Shown: piece after piece, positions 38,128-48,293 of the stretch
Numbering within the stretch: position 1 is the first letter of the stretch
Layout of the letters: each line of letters starts with the position of its first letter
From: Bacteroidia bacterium
GTDB taxonomy: Bacteria; Bacteroidota; Bacteroidia; B-17B0; Aurantibacillaceae
Assembly: GCA_016787705.1 (NCBI GenBank)
Contig: JAEUTP010000017.1
Coordinates: forward strand, 7,511 to 71,510
Reading direction: 5' to 3'
DNA length: 64,000 nt
The notes under the pieces: generated by a model
Databases searched by the model: none
The model's input: only the letters and a program-made list of their open reading frames with translations
Told to the model about the DNA's origin: nothing
Program-made: the position numbers and the translations under genes

Positions 38128-38580
38128 TTAAACCCAAAATTGACGCAGATGATGATCGAGATGTTTGGTTTGTAAAACATCCCATTCTTTTATTGTTAAT
38201 GGACCAAAAAAAGGGTGAGGTGCTTTAGTTATGCCTTCAGGGCCTTTTTGTTGAAAGTTTAGTATTGTTTCAATTAGTTTTTTCTTTTCAACTTCAAACT
38301 CATGTTCGTCAGTTATCATCGCTTCCCTAAAGGTAGGAATGTTTCGTTTAAATTGAGGTTGTTCCATTATTTGCTTACGTGCACGTTTGCCAAATAAAAA
38401 TCGTATTATCGGATTAACTTTTGGTACTAATTTTCCCGAGGCAATCTCAAAAGGTTTTTGAACATGGGTTAACATTTGGCCAACATTCATTTTTCCCCAT
38501 TGTGCCTGCGATTGAGGGGTTAAATGATTTATTCTGTCAATGAATTTTTGTGCTGTTTCTGCTTTAAATAAACTATCCAT
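38128..38580 (-). CDS. DUF1569 (DinB-like four-helix) family protein
   Basis: 150 aa. C-terminal HPFFGPLTIKEWDVLQTKHLDHHLRQF is the signature I associate with DUF1569. Confidence 0.65.
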   Translation of the reverse strand: MDSLFKAETAQKFIDRINHLTPQSQAQWGKMNVGQMLTHVQKPFEIASGKLVPKVNPIIRFLFGKRARKQIMEQPQFKRNIPTFREAMITDEHEFEVEKKKLIETILNFQQKGPEGITKAPHPFFGPLTIKEWDVLQTKHLDHHLRQFWV

Positions 38581-38672
38581 AATTTAATAATACCAAATTA
38601 CGTAACTAATTGCCTTAAATCAAAATTATTATTATCGGTTAAACTTTAATACTTTTAATTAGTCTAAAACGT

Positions 38673-39971
38673 ATGAAAAAAATATACTTTGGTTTTTTAT
38701 TCACATTTGGCTTTTCTTTTTTTAAAGCACAGTCATTGTATTTTCCGCCACTAAGCGGATCGGTATGGGATACCTTATCTCCACAAAGCATTAATTGGTG
38801 TCAACAAAGAATAGATTCTTTATATAATTATTTGCAGATTAAAAACACTAAATCGTTTATAATTTTAAAGAATGGCAAAATTGTACTGGAAAAATATTTT
38901 GGTACTTACACTATAGATTCAACGTGGTATTGGGCATCTGCGGGTAAAAGTCTTACAGGCTTTTTAGCGGGAGTGTCGCAACAACAAGGATTAATAAATA
39001 TAAACAATCAGGTGTCTCAATATATTGGCACCGGTTGGACAAGTGCGCCATTGGTAAAGGAAAATTTAATTACCGTAAAAAATTTATTACAAATGACCAG
39101 CGGTTTGGATGATGCGCCACCATCACCATGTGATAATGAAGATACGGCAAAATCATGTTTGCTTTATCAGGCTAATGCCGGCACAAGATGGGCTTACCAT
39201 ACCGGGGCCTATAAAAAAACTCAAAGTGTAATTAGCGCCGCAGCCGGACAATCTTATAATGTTGTGACTACAAATTGGGTAAAAAGTAAAATTGGAATGG
39301 ATGGATTTTGGTTTGATCAAATATATTATAGTAAGGCTAGGGGAATGGCACGCTTTGGTTTATTAAACTTAAATAAAGGCATTTGGGCAAATGATACAAT
39401 AATGAAAGATTCGTTATACTTTAAAGATATGACCAATTCATCACAAAACTTTAATAAAGCATATGGATATTTGTGGTGGTTAAATGGAAAAACTGATTTT
39501 ATGACCCCGGGCTTTCAAACTGTATTTCCGGGAACATTAATGCCAAATGCGCCAACAGATATGTTTGCCGCTTTGGGCAAGAACGATCAAAAAATATATG
39601 TTGTACCCAGCCAAAAATTAGTAGTTATACGACAGGGAAATACTGCGGGTGGATTTAATCTGGCCGCATCTGCCTTTGATAATGTGTTGTGGGATTATAT
39701 TAATAAACTCGCCTGCAATACATCATCGGTAAAAGAAAATGAACTGATTGAACAAATTGTTATTTATCCTAACCCTGCGCAAAATTTTATTACAATTAAG
39801 TCAGATGTTTTACTAAAATCTATATTTATGACCAATGCACTTGGACAAATGATGGATGTAAAACTAATCAACAATAAAATAGATGTATCGCAAATGCAAA
39901 AAGGCATGTATTTTTTAACGCTCATGTCGCCGGAAAATACACACCTTGTAAAGAAAATTATTATTAATTAA
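38673..39971 (+). CDS. Serine hydrolase (beta-lactamase/transpeptidase-like fold) with T9SS type A C-terminal domain
   Basis: SxxK motif in WYWASAGKSLTG. Signal peptide. C-terminal IYPNPAQNFITIKS...GMYFLTLMS...KKIIIN sorting domain. Confidence 0.75.
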   Translation: MKKIYFGFLFTFGFSFFKAQSLYFPPLSGSVWDTLSPQSINWCQQRIDSLYNYLQIKNTKSFIILKNGKIVLEKYFGTYTIDSTWYWASAGKSLTGFLAGVSQQQGLININNQVSQYIGTGWTSAPLVKENLITVKNLLQMTSGLDDAPPSPCDNEDTAKSCLLYQANAGTRWAYHTGAYKKTQSVISAAAGQSYNVVTTNWVKSKIGMDGFWFDQIYYSKARGMARFGLLNLNKGIWANDTIMKDSLYFKDMTNSSQNFNKAYGYLWWLNGKTDFMTPGFQTVFPGTLMPNAPTDMFAALGKNDQKIYVVPSQKLVVIRQGNTAGGFNLAASAFDNVLWDYINKLACNTSSVKENELIEQIVIYPNPAQNFITIKSDVLLKSIFMTNALGQMMDVKLINNKIDVSQMQKGMYFLTLMSPENTHLVKKIIIN

Positions 39972-40921
39972 AAGTCGTTACTTAATTGGTTAGTAGTTTT
40001 TTGAAGAATCTCAAAAGCATTTTCTGCCATCAAATTCTCTTTATCTAAAGTCGGATTGATTTCTACCATTTCAAAACAAACAATTTTTTTGCTTCTCATG
40101 ATATAATAAATAAGGTTACCGGCTTCTTTCTCAGTGATTCCGTTCGGAACGGGTGTACCTGTACCACTTGAGATACGTGAGTCCATGCTATCTACATCAA
40201 AGCTTACATATATAATATCGCAGTGATCAAGATAGTTCAACGATTCAATAGCAACACGTTCTACCGCTTTTTTGCGAATTTCCTGTAAGTGAAAAACACG
40301 TACTTTGTTTTTCTTAATTAAGTAATCTTCTGGCGGTTCAAAGTCGCGTAAAGCAATGTATACTAAGTCTGAATAATTAATTTTAGGGCAAATTCCGCCT
40401 AAATTTTTTAATTTCTCCCAGTATTCAACAGTTTCATCATCGGGCTTATTTTGTTGTCTATCACGGTTATCTTCATTTAAAACACAACAAAGTGGCATGC
40501 CGTGCATGTTGCCACTTGGGGTAGTGTAAGGACTATGAAGATCGGCATGAGCATCTATCCAGATAACTCCGAGCTTCTTATCAGGGTAAGCCATACGTAT
40601 CCCGCTTATGGTTCCTAAAGCCGAACTATGATCGCCGGCTAGTACAATTGGCACCTGCTCTGCCTTTAATGTTTTTTGGATTTCTTTAGCAATGCGCTCA
40701 TTCAAGTTATATACTCCTTTAATACGTTTGGCATAGTCATGCACCACTGGTTCCAACAATAAATTGTTCTCATTTGGTATTTCAACAGACTTATAGCGTT
40801 TAAAGAATGCACTACCAAAATCAAGGGCAGCTATTTTAATTGCATCTACTCCCATGCTGGCGCCCCTGGTACCTGCTCCGATTTCACTTTTAACCTCAAT
40901 TATTTTAATGGGTTTTATCAT
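39968..40921 (-). CDS. Arginase-family metallohydrolase (agmatinase/arginase/formimidoylglutamase type; agmatinase favoured by context)
   Basis: Mn-binding blocks LAGDHSSALG, WIDAHADLH and VSFDVDSMD. Divergent from an arginine-decarboxylase-like gene. Confidence 0.8.
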   Translation of the reverse strand: MIKPIKIIEVKSEIGAGTRGASMGVDAIKIAALDFGSAFFKRYKSVEIPNENNLLLEPVVHDYAKRIKGVYNLNERIAKEIQKTLKAEQVPIVLAGDHSSALGTISGIRMAYPDKKLGVIWIDAHADLHSPYTTPSGNMHGMPLCCVLNEDNRDRQQNKPDDETVEYWEKLKNLGGICPKINYSDLVYIALRDFEPPEDYLIKKNKVRVFHLQEIRKKAVERVAIESLNYLDHCDIIYVSFDVDSMDSRISSGTGTPVPNGITEKEAGNLIYYIMRSKKIVCFEMVEINPTLDKENLMAENAFEILQKTTNQLSNDF

Positions 40922-41020
40922 AAAATTTAACTTTTTAGTAATAATAAACCTTATTTTTGTATAAAGTAAACAACTTACTTTGATAAACGTTTAGCATAAG
41001 TAACTAACTTACATTATAAA

Positions 41021-42418
41021 ATGAATAATCAATATTCAACCCTTATAAACCAAACATTTAACTTCCCGCAAGAAGGTTTTGATGTTGTGGATGATGAATT
41101 ACAGTTTAATGGAATCCCTTTAATGGATATCATTAAACAATACGGTACACCTTTAAGGATCAGTTATTTGCCAAAAATAAGTTCCCAAATCCAAAAAGCA
41201 AAACGTTTATTTAATGTTGCCATGGCAAAGGTAGATTATAAGGGCAAATATGTGTATTGTTATTGCACAAAAAGCTCACATTTTAGTTTTGTGCTGGATG
41301 AGGTGCTCAAAAATGATGTGCATATTGAGACTTCATCGGCATTCGATCTAAACATTATCAAAGAGCAGTTCCAAAAAAAGGCATTAAGCAAAGATACATA
41401 TATTATTTGTAATGGCTATAAACGCACTGCTTACAAGCAAAACATTACAGAATTAATTAATGAAGGTTTTAATGTTATACCTGTTTTAGATCATTTGGAT
41501 GAGATAGACCATTACAAAAAGTATAGTAAAGCCGAAAATTTAAATCTTGGTATCAGGATAAGTACTGAAGAAGAACCATCCTTTACATTTTACACCTCGC
41601 GTCTTGGTATCCGTAGCAGCGAGATCATGAATCTTTATAAAGAAAAAATAAAACCCAATCCTAAATTCAGTTTAAAACTATTGCACTTTTTTATTAATAC
41701 AGGTATTAAGGATACGATTTATTATTGGACAGAATTAAACAAGTGTTTACAAATATATAAAGAGCTTCGCGAGGTTTGTCCTACACTTGATTCACTTAAT
41801 ATTGGTGGTGGTATGCCAATACGCACTTCTTTAGGTTTTGAATACGATTATGAATATATGATAGAGGAGATTGTTGAGCAGATAAAAGCATTTTGTAAGC
41901 AAAACGATATTCCTGAACCAAATATATTTACCGAGTTTGGTTCATACACCGTTGGCGAAAGCGGCGCAACACTTTATTCAGTAGTAGATCAAAAGCAACA
42001 GAACGATCGTGAGACCTGGTATTTTATTGACAGCAGTTTTATTACCACACTGCCCGATACCTGGGGCATTAACCAGCGTTTTATTTTGTTGGCTATTAAT
42101 AATTGGGATAAACCATACGGCCCCGTAAACTTAGGAGGTATGACCTGCGATAGCATGGATTATTACAATACTGAAGCGCATACCAACCAGGTTTTCCTTC
42201 CCAAGATTGAGAAGAACCAGAAAACACCACAATACATAGGTTTCTTTCATACCGGGGCTTATCAGGAAGCTTTGAGTGGTTATGGCGGCACGCAACATTG
42301 TTTAATACCTGCACCAAAACATGTGTTGATAGACAAGGATGAAGACGGAGAATTTACAACACGTCTTTTTGCAAAAGAGCAAAGCTATAAGAGCATGCTT
42401 AAGATACTAGGTTACTAG
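41021..42418 (+). CDS. Fold-type III PLP-dependent decarboxylase, arginine decarboxylase-like
   Basis: 465 aa Orn/DAP/Arg decarboxylase architecture. TIM-barrel N-domain with PLP-Lys region YCYCTKSSHF, GGGMP and GGMTCDS. Substrate is inferred from the arginase-family neighbour. Confidence 0.7.
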   Translation: MNNQYSTLINQTFNFPQEGFDVVDDELQFNGIPLMDIIKQYGTPLRISYLPKISSQIQKAKRLFNVAMAKVDYKGKYVYCYCTKSSHFSFVLDEVLKNDVHIETSSAFDLNIIKEQFQKKALSKDTYIICNGYKRTAYKQNITELINEGFNVIPVLDHLDEIDHYKKYSKAENLNLGIRISTEEEPSFTFYTSRLGIRSSEIMNLYKEKIKPNPKFSLKLLHFFINTGIKDTIYYWTELNKCLQIYKELREVCPTLDSLNIGGGMPIRTSLGFEYDYEYMIEEIVEQIKAFCKQNDIPEPNIFTEFGSYTVGESGATLYSVVDQKQQNDRETWYFIDSSFITTLPDTWGINQRFILLAINNWDKPYGPVNLGGMTCDSMDYYNTEAHTNQVFLPKIEKNQKTPQYIGFFHTGAYQEALSGYGGTQHCLIPAPKHVLIDKDEDGEFTTRLFAKEQSYKSMLKILGY

Positions 42419-42469
42419 TTTCTTGTTCCTGGTTTCTAGTTTTAAAACAAGAAACTTGAAACAAGAAAC
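42418..42469. repeat. 52-bp palindromic element built from GTTTCTTGTT motifs (2 direct + 2 inverted)
   Basis: gtttcttgtt 42418..42427 pairs perfectly with aacaagaaac 42460..42469. Inner gtttctagtttt 42432..42443 pairs with aaaacaagaaac 42444..42455 (1 mismatch). The element starts on the last base of the stop codon. Confidence 0.8.
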
Positions 42470-42581
42470 CGGAAATTTTGAGTGTTAACTTCTTCTTTAA
42501 ATCTTTCTTTAAAAGGCTGTTTTTACATTAGCAAAGCCCTTTCTTATTTTATAACTTTACAACTTATTCTTTAATTTTTAT

Positions 42582-43604
42582 ATGGCTTTATTTGACTTTT
42601 TAACCCAGGATATTGCAATTGACTTAGGAACTGCAAATACAATTATTATTCATAACGATAAAGTTGTAGTTGATGAGCCCAGTATAGTTGCGGTTGACAG
42701 AACTACGGGCAGAGTAATAGCTGTAGGACGCCAAGCTCAAATGATGCATGGTAAAACACACGAGAACATAAAAACAATTCGTCCGCTAAAAGATGGAGTT
42801 ATTGCAGATTTTCAGGCGGCAGAAGAGATGATAAAAGGTATGATCAAAATGATCAATCCCGGAAATCGTTTTTTTAAACCATCGTTGCGTATGGTAATTT
42901 GTATTCCGAGTGGTATTACCGAGGTTGAGAAACGTGCGGTTCGCGATAGTGCTGAACATGCGGGAGCAAAAGAGGTGTACATGATACACGAACCAATGGC
43001 GGCTGCAATTGGCATGGGTATTGATGTTGAGGAGCCAATGGGAAATATGATCATTGATATTGGAGGCGGTACTTCCGAAATTGCTGTAATTGCATTAGGA
43101 GGCATTGTGTGTGATAAATCTACACGTATTGCTGGTGATGATTTTAACGCTAATATTGAAGAATACATGCGTCGCCAACATAACATTTTAATTGGTGAGC
43201 GTAGTGCGGAGAGAGTGAAAATTGAAGTAGGCGCCGCTATGACAGAGATCGATAATCCACCCGCTGACTTTGCAGTACAAGGGCGCGATTTAATGAGCGG
43301 TATTCCAAAAGAGGTTTACATTAGTTATGTAGAGATAGCGCATTGTTTGGATAAATCAATTTCCAAAATTGAAGAAGCGATCTTGAATGCCTTAGAGATG
43401 ACGCCGCCCGAGTTGGCAGCGGATATCTATCGTAAAGGAATTTTTATGGCTGGTGGTGGTTCTTTATTGAGAGGTTTGGATAAACGTATCTCAATGAAAA
43501 CAAAATTACCAGTTCACGTTTGCGAAGATCCGCTTCGTGCGGTTGCACGCGGCACGGGAATTGCACTTAAAAATGTTCATAAATTCCCTTTCCTTATCAA
43601 GTAA
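42582..43604 (+). CDS. mreB: Rod shape-determining actin homolog MreB
   Basis: DIAIDLGTANT, LKDGVIADF, VICIPSG.TEVE.RAV, EPMAAAIG and IDIGGGTSE canonical MreB blocks. Confidence 0.95.
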   Translation: MALFDFLTQDIAIDLGTANTIIIHNDKVVVDEPSIVAVDRTTGRVIAVGRQAQMMHGKTHENIKTIRPLKDGVIADFQAAEEMIKGMIKMINPGNRFFKPSLRMVICIPSGITEVEKRAVRDSAEHAGAKEVYMIHEPMAAAIGMGIDVEEPMGNMIIDIGGGTSEIAVIALGGIVCDKSTRIAGDDFNANIEEYMRRQHNILIGERSAERVKIEVGAAMTEIDNPPADFAVQGRDLMSGIPKEVYISYVEIAHCLDKSISKIEEAILNALEMTPPELAADIYRKGIFMAGGGSLLRGLDKRISMKTKLPVHVCEDPLRAVARGTGIALKNVHKFPFLIK

Positions 43605-43669
43605 TCAGCCTAAGCGCATCGTAGCTTTATAAAGTGACACATTTGTTTCACTCGCTAATAATTTAACAC

Positions 43670-44509
43670 GTGAGAAACTTACTTGCCTTTGTATTAAAAC
43701 ACCACTTTATATTTATTTTTTTGTTACTGCAAATGATAAGTGTTTGGTTAATGGTGAAAGATAATGGTTACCAGGGGTCGCAGGTATTAAATTCATCTAA
43801 CCAGGTTGTAGCAGGTATTTATACAGCCGCTGCAAACACAAAAGATTATTTTGCATTAAAACAAGAGAACGATAAATTAGCCTTGGAAAATTCGGTTCTG
43901 CGAAATTTTTTAAAATCAAATTATTCTATTTTGCCTTTACGCGAATTTAAAAAAAACGATACGCTGTACAAACAACAATATTCTTTTATGAGTGCAAAAG
44001 TGGTTAACTCATCCGTTAACAAACGCCGTAATTTTTTAACTCTTAATGTTGGTGCCAATCAGGGTATTGGGCAGGATATGGCAGTAATGAGCAGCGAAGG
44101 TATTGTTGGGATTGTTACAAACGCGTCAACTAATTTTGCAAGCGCCATGAGTATCCTGCATAAAGATATACGTGTTAACTGCCAATTAAAAAAAGATGGA
44201 AGTTATGGGCCTTTAATTTGGGATGGAAAAGATTATCGTTATTGCTTACTTACAGATATTCCAACACACGCAAAAATAAAAGCAGGCGATACAGTTATTA
44301 CAAGTGAGCTATCGGGCATTTTTCCAGAAGGTATCATGGTTGGTTTTGTTGAAAGTTTTGAACGTCGTCAAAATGAAAGCTTTTATACTGCGAGAATAAA
44401 ATTAAGTGCCGATCTTAAAAAAGTAAACCATGTTTACGTGATCAAAAATAAATTTAAAACAGAAAGAGATTCACTAGAAAAAACAGCACAGAAACAAGTT
44501 GACGACTGA
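43670..44509 (+). CDS. mreC: Rod shape-determining protein MreC
   Basis: N-terminal TM, coiled-coil (LKQENDKLALENSVLRNFL), beta-barrel domains with GIVGIV and SGIFPEGIMVG. Position after mreB. GTG start. Confidence 0.8.
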   Translation: MRNLLAFVLKHHFIFIFLLLQMISVWLMVKDNGYQGSQVLNSSNQVVAGIYTAAANTKDYFALKQENDKLALENSVLRNFLKSNYSILPLREFKKNDTLYKQQYSFMSAKVVNSSVNKRRNFLTLNVGANQGIGQDMAVMSSEGIVGIVTNASTNFASAMSILHKDIRVNCQLKKDGSYGPLIWDGKDYRYCLLTDIPTHAKIKAGDTVITSELSGIFPEGIMVGFVESFERRQNESFYTARIKLSADLKKVNHVYVIKNKFKTERDSLEKTAQKQVDD

Positions 44510-45017
44510 GATAGCTAAAAATATTTTTCGATTTATTTTATTAATACTGGTACAGGTGTTGATCATTCAAAACATTAACCTGTCCAGCTACATTATTTTA
44601 TTGCCATACGTTTTAATAATTATTTTATTACCGTTTGAATTATCGCGTGTAACCGTTCTTTTCATTTCTTTTTTTCTTGGTATCTGTATCGATTATTTTT
44701 TTGATTCATCCGGCCTTCACACATCTGCCTGTACATTAATGGGTTTTAGCCGATATTATGTTTTAAAATTTATTGCCCCGCGAGATGGTTATGATGTTGG
44801 TGTGCAACCAACCGTTACCGATATGGGTCTGGCGTGGTTTTTAAGTTACGCGGGCACATTAATAATTATTCATCACTTTTTCTTTTTTTATATTGAGGTA
44901 TTTCGATTTTCTGAATTTTTCAGAACATTATTAAGAGCAATATTAAGCAGTATTGGTACGTTTGGTTTAGTGTATCTTATCCAGTTCTTATTTTTTACTA
45001 CACGTAAACGCTCATGA
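44499..45017 (+). CDS. mreD: Rod shape-determining protein MreD
   Basis: 172 aa with five hydrophobic helices. Sits between mreC and mrdA with overlapping junctions. TTG start. Confidence 0.65.
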   Translation: MTTEIAKNIFRFILLILVQVLIIQNINLSSYIILLPYVLIIILLPFELSRVTVLFISFFLGICIDYFFDSSGLHTSACTLMGFSRYYVLKFIAPRDGYDVGVQPTVTDMGLAWFLSYAGTLIIIHHFFFFYIEVFRFSEFFRTLLRAILSSIGTFGLVYLIQFLFFTTRKRS

Positions 45018-46900
45018 GTATTAATTCGCAACAACTAAGTAATAGGAAATTAATTATAGGAGGATTTTTTTGCCTTATTATAATTATTTATTTATGCCGT
45101 TTATTTTACATCCAGGTAATTGATATTCAATATAAATTAGATGCGGAAAAAAATGCGTTCAGGTACATGACAGAATACCCAGTTCGCGGATATATTTACG
45201 ATCGAAAAGGGAAATTATTGGTTTTCAATGCGCCATCTTATGATCTTATGGTTATTCCCCGCGAAACAAAAGGTTGCGATACAATGGGTGTTTGTGAAGT
45301 TTTACAAATTACCAAGCAGGATTATTTAAAGCGAATGAAAAAAGCCTGCCAGGCACCCAACTCTCCACGTAAAGAAAGTATATTCGAAAAACAAATGTCG
45401 GCACAAACGTATGCGGCATTGCAAGAAAAACTATACCGCTTTAAAGGCTTCTTCGTTCAAAAACGTACCGTAAGAAAATATCCCCGGCCAATTGCAGCGC
45501 ATCTTTTAGGTTATGTTGGTGAGGTAAGTAAAGAACAGGCAGAAAAAGATCCATATTATAAAGAGGGCGATTATATTGGTATTACAGGCCTTGAACGGAG
45601 TTATGAAGACGCACTTCGCGGAAAAAAAGGAACGCAGATAGCTATTACCGACGTACACAATAAAGTTATTGGTCGTTATATGGATGGTAAATACGATACT
45701 TTGGCCATTGCCGGAAAACCGTTATATTGTAGTATTGACAGGGATTTACAGGAGTACGGCGAAAAATTATTAGTAAATAAAAAAGGTGCGATTGTTGCTA
45801 TAGAACCTTCTACCGGTGAAATCTTATGTTTGATATCCGGCCCCGCTTATGATCCTAATTTATTGGTTGGTGGTAAAGAACGCTCTAAGAATTTCACTAA
45901 ATTATATTACGATAGTTTAAACAGGCCTTTGTTTAACCGGGCTCTTACAGCAATGTATCCTCCCGGTTCTATTTTTAAATTAATAGATGCCTTAATTGCA
46001 CAGCAGGATGGATTAATTAATCGGAGTACTGTATATCCATGTGCTATGGGCTATCCGCCAATGGGTGGTAAACCAAAATGCCACGCTCATGGTGGTGGTA
46101 AAAATTTACCTGGCTCTGTTGCCGCTTCATGTAACTCATACTACGCGTATGTTTTTCGGGAAATTGTTGATCAGCGCAAGTATCCGAATTTTATTGATGG
46201 TTATAATCACTGGCGCGATATGGTTAAAACATTTGGTCCGGGTACACGTTTAGGTACCGATCTCCCGTATGATAAGCCAGGTAACGTGCCATCTGTAGAG
46301 TATTACAATAAAGTTTTTGGAAAGAACGGCTGGCGCAGTAATACCATTGTATCGTTAGGTATTGGCCAGGCAGAGTTAACACTGGTGCCTCTGCAAATGG
46401 CAAATGTAGTAGCAAGCATAGCTAATCGTGGATATTACTATACACCTCACAGTGTTAAGGGAGTGGGTATTGATAAACATCTTGATAAAAAATTTAAAGA
46501 AAAACATTATGTTGGTGTACAAGATCCAACTGCTTATTTAAATGTAATTGATGGTATGCAGGGTGCTTTAGAGCCGGGGGGCACTGCATTTACAAACCGT
46601 TTAAAGGATATTGTTGTTTGCGGTAAAACAGGTACAGCCCAAAACCCGCATGGCGATGATCATGCCGTGTTTTTAGCTTTTGCGCCGCGAGATAATCCAA
46701 AGATCGCTATTGCCTGTATTGTTGAAAATGCAGGCTTTGGTAATACCTGGAGCGCCCCCATTGTAACTTTGATGATTGAAAAATATTTAAAAGGAAAAAC
46801 AGACAGGCCAGAGACCGAGAAACGAATGCTTGAAGGCGACCTGATTACAAAAAATAATTTAAAAGAACTGGCAAAAACAAAGCGCCCTGTAAAAAATTAA
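45014..46900 (+). CDS. mrdA: Penicillin-binding protein 2 (elongasome class B transpeptidase)
   Basis: N-terminal anchor, R.Y.RG.I.DR pedestal, catalytic SxxK (PGSIFK), SxN (SCNSY) and KTG (GKTGTAQ). Confidence 0.9.
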   Translation: MSINSQQLSNRKLIIGGFFCLIIIIYLCRLFYIQVIDIQYKLDAEKNAFRYMTEYPVRGYIYDRKGKLLVFNAPSYDLMVIPRETKGCDTMGVCEVLQITKQDYLKRMKKACQAPNSPRKESIFEKQMSAQTYAALQEKLYRFKGFFVQKRTVRKYPRPIAAHLLGYVGEVSKEQAEKDPYYKEGDYIGITGLERSYEDALRGKKGTQIAITDVHNKVIGRYMDGKYDTLAIAGKPLYCSIDRDLQEYGEKLLVNKKGAIVAIEPSTGEILCLISGPAYDPNLLVGGKERSKNFTKLYYDSLNRPLFNRALTAMYPPGSIFKLIDALIAQQDGLINRSTVYPCAMGYPPMGGKPKCHAHGGGKNLPGSVAASCNSYYAYVFREIVDQRKYPNFIDGYNHWRDMVKTFGPGTRLGTDLPYDKPGNVPSVEYYNKVFGKNGWRSNTIVSLGIGQAELTLVPLQMANVVASIANRGYYYTPHSVKGVGIDKHLDKKFKEKHYVGVQDPTAYLNVIDGMQGALEPGGTAFTNRLKDIVVCGKTGTAQNPHGDDHAVFLAFAPRDNPKIAIACIVENAGFGNTWSAPIVTLMIEKYLKGKTDRPETEKRMLEGDLITKNNLKELAKTKRPVKN

Positions 46901-46904
46901 TCAA

Positions 46905-48212
46905 TTGGCAAGAAACGAAAATAGTATATTTTATGGTGTAGATCGTATAACACTTATTGTATACGTATTACTGGTTTTCATGGGCTGGCTAAATATTTAC
47001 GCTGCTGTTTATGATGAAGAACATCAGAATATTTTTGATACAACGCAAAAGTATGGTAAACAGCTTATCTGGATTGGTGGTGCCGCTGTTATTGCTTTTA
47101 GCATTTTATTGATTGATGCCAATTTTTATACAGCCTTCTCTTATGGTTTTTACGGTGTGCTAATTGTTGCAAATATTCTTGTGGTTTTTTTAGGCCGCGA
47201 GATTAAAGGCAGTAAATCGTGGTTTGGTATAGGTGGCTTTGGGGTTCAGCCGGCAGAGTTTATGAAGTTTGCTACCACATTGGCCATGGCAAAATTTTTA
47301 AGTAACCAAAATATTGTTGTGAGCCAGCAATTTCGCCTGCGGTTAAAAGATCTTATAAAAAATTATAAAAACACTTTTATAGCCCTATTATTTATTTTGT
47401 TGCCTTTAGTGATAATTAAAAAATTACAGGATGAAACCGGTCTTGCAATTGTTTTTGTGGCTTTGATAATAGTACTTTATCGTGAAGGTTTAAGTGTAGG
47501 CTTTTTAATTTTTGGTTTGTTGGCTGCGATTCTTTTTGTTGTAGCATTAATCGTTACAAATATTACCGGACTTATAATTACGCTTGCGGTAATTGCTGCT
47601 TCTGCTTTTTTATTCATTAAGCGCAGTCGCGCAAATCTCATTGGCGTAATTGTTGTTTTTTTATTGGCAGCTGGCGTTGTGCTCGGAACAAATTATGTGT
47701 ACAATCATCTCGAAGAACATCAAAAAGTAAGGATTGATGTATTGTTAGGCAGAGGTAATGTAGATCTTAAAAAGGAAGGATATAATGTTAACCAGGCAAA
47801 AATTGCTATTGGCAGTGGTGGCTTTTTTGGTAAAGGTTATTTACAAGGCACACAAACAAAATACGATTTTGTACCCGAGCAGGATACTGATTTTATTTTT
47901 TGTACAGTAGGTGAGGAGTGGGGTTTTGTTGGAAGTACCGTAGTTATTTTTTTAGAATTGTTTTTAATTCTCCGCCTTATTTTTCTGGCTGAAAGGCAGC
48001 GTTCAGATTTTAGCAGGATATATGGTTACGGCGTAGCTGCTATATTGTTTTTTCACCTGGCCATTAATATTGGTATGACCATTGGCTTAATGCCTGTAAT
48101 TGGTATCCCCTTGCCATTCTTTAGTTACGGAGGTTCTTCGCTATGGTCGTTTACCATCCTATTATTTATTTTTGTAAAACTAGATGCAAATAGACTGCTT
48201 ATTTTAAGGTAA
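46905..48212 (+). CDS. rodA: SEDS glycosyltransferase RodA
   Basis: FtsW/RodA/SpoVE blocks: FGVQPAEFMKF, PEQDTDFIFCTVGEEWGF, GLMPVIGIPLPFFSYGGSS. TTG start. Confidence 0.9.
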   Translation: MARNENSIFYGVDRITLIVYVLLVFMGWLNIYAAVYDEEHQNIFDTTQKYGKQLIWIGGAAVIAFSILLIDANFYTAFSYGFYGVLIVANILVVFLGREIKGSKSWFGIGGFGVQPAEFMKFATTLAMAKFLSNQNIVVSQQFRLRLKDLIKNYKNTFIALLFILLPLVIIKKLQDETGLAIVFVALIIVLYREGLSVGFLIFGLLAAILFVVALIVTNITGLIITLAVIAASAFLFIKRSRANLIGVIVVFLLAAGVVLGTNYVYNHLEEHQKVRIDVLLGRGNVDLKKEGYNVNQAKIAIGSGGFFGKGYLQGTQTKYDFVPEQDTDFIFCTVGEEWGFVGSTVVIFLELFLILRLIFLAERQRSDFSRIYGYGVAAILFFHLAINIGMTIGLMPVIGIPLPFFSYGGSSLWSFTILLFIFVKLDANRLLILR

Positions 48213-48293
48213 TTCTATGGTATTTAAATTATATTTGTTAAGCAATATTAAACATTAAACAAACGTTAAGCTTCTGAATAGCTATATCTATTA

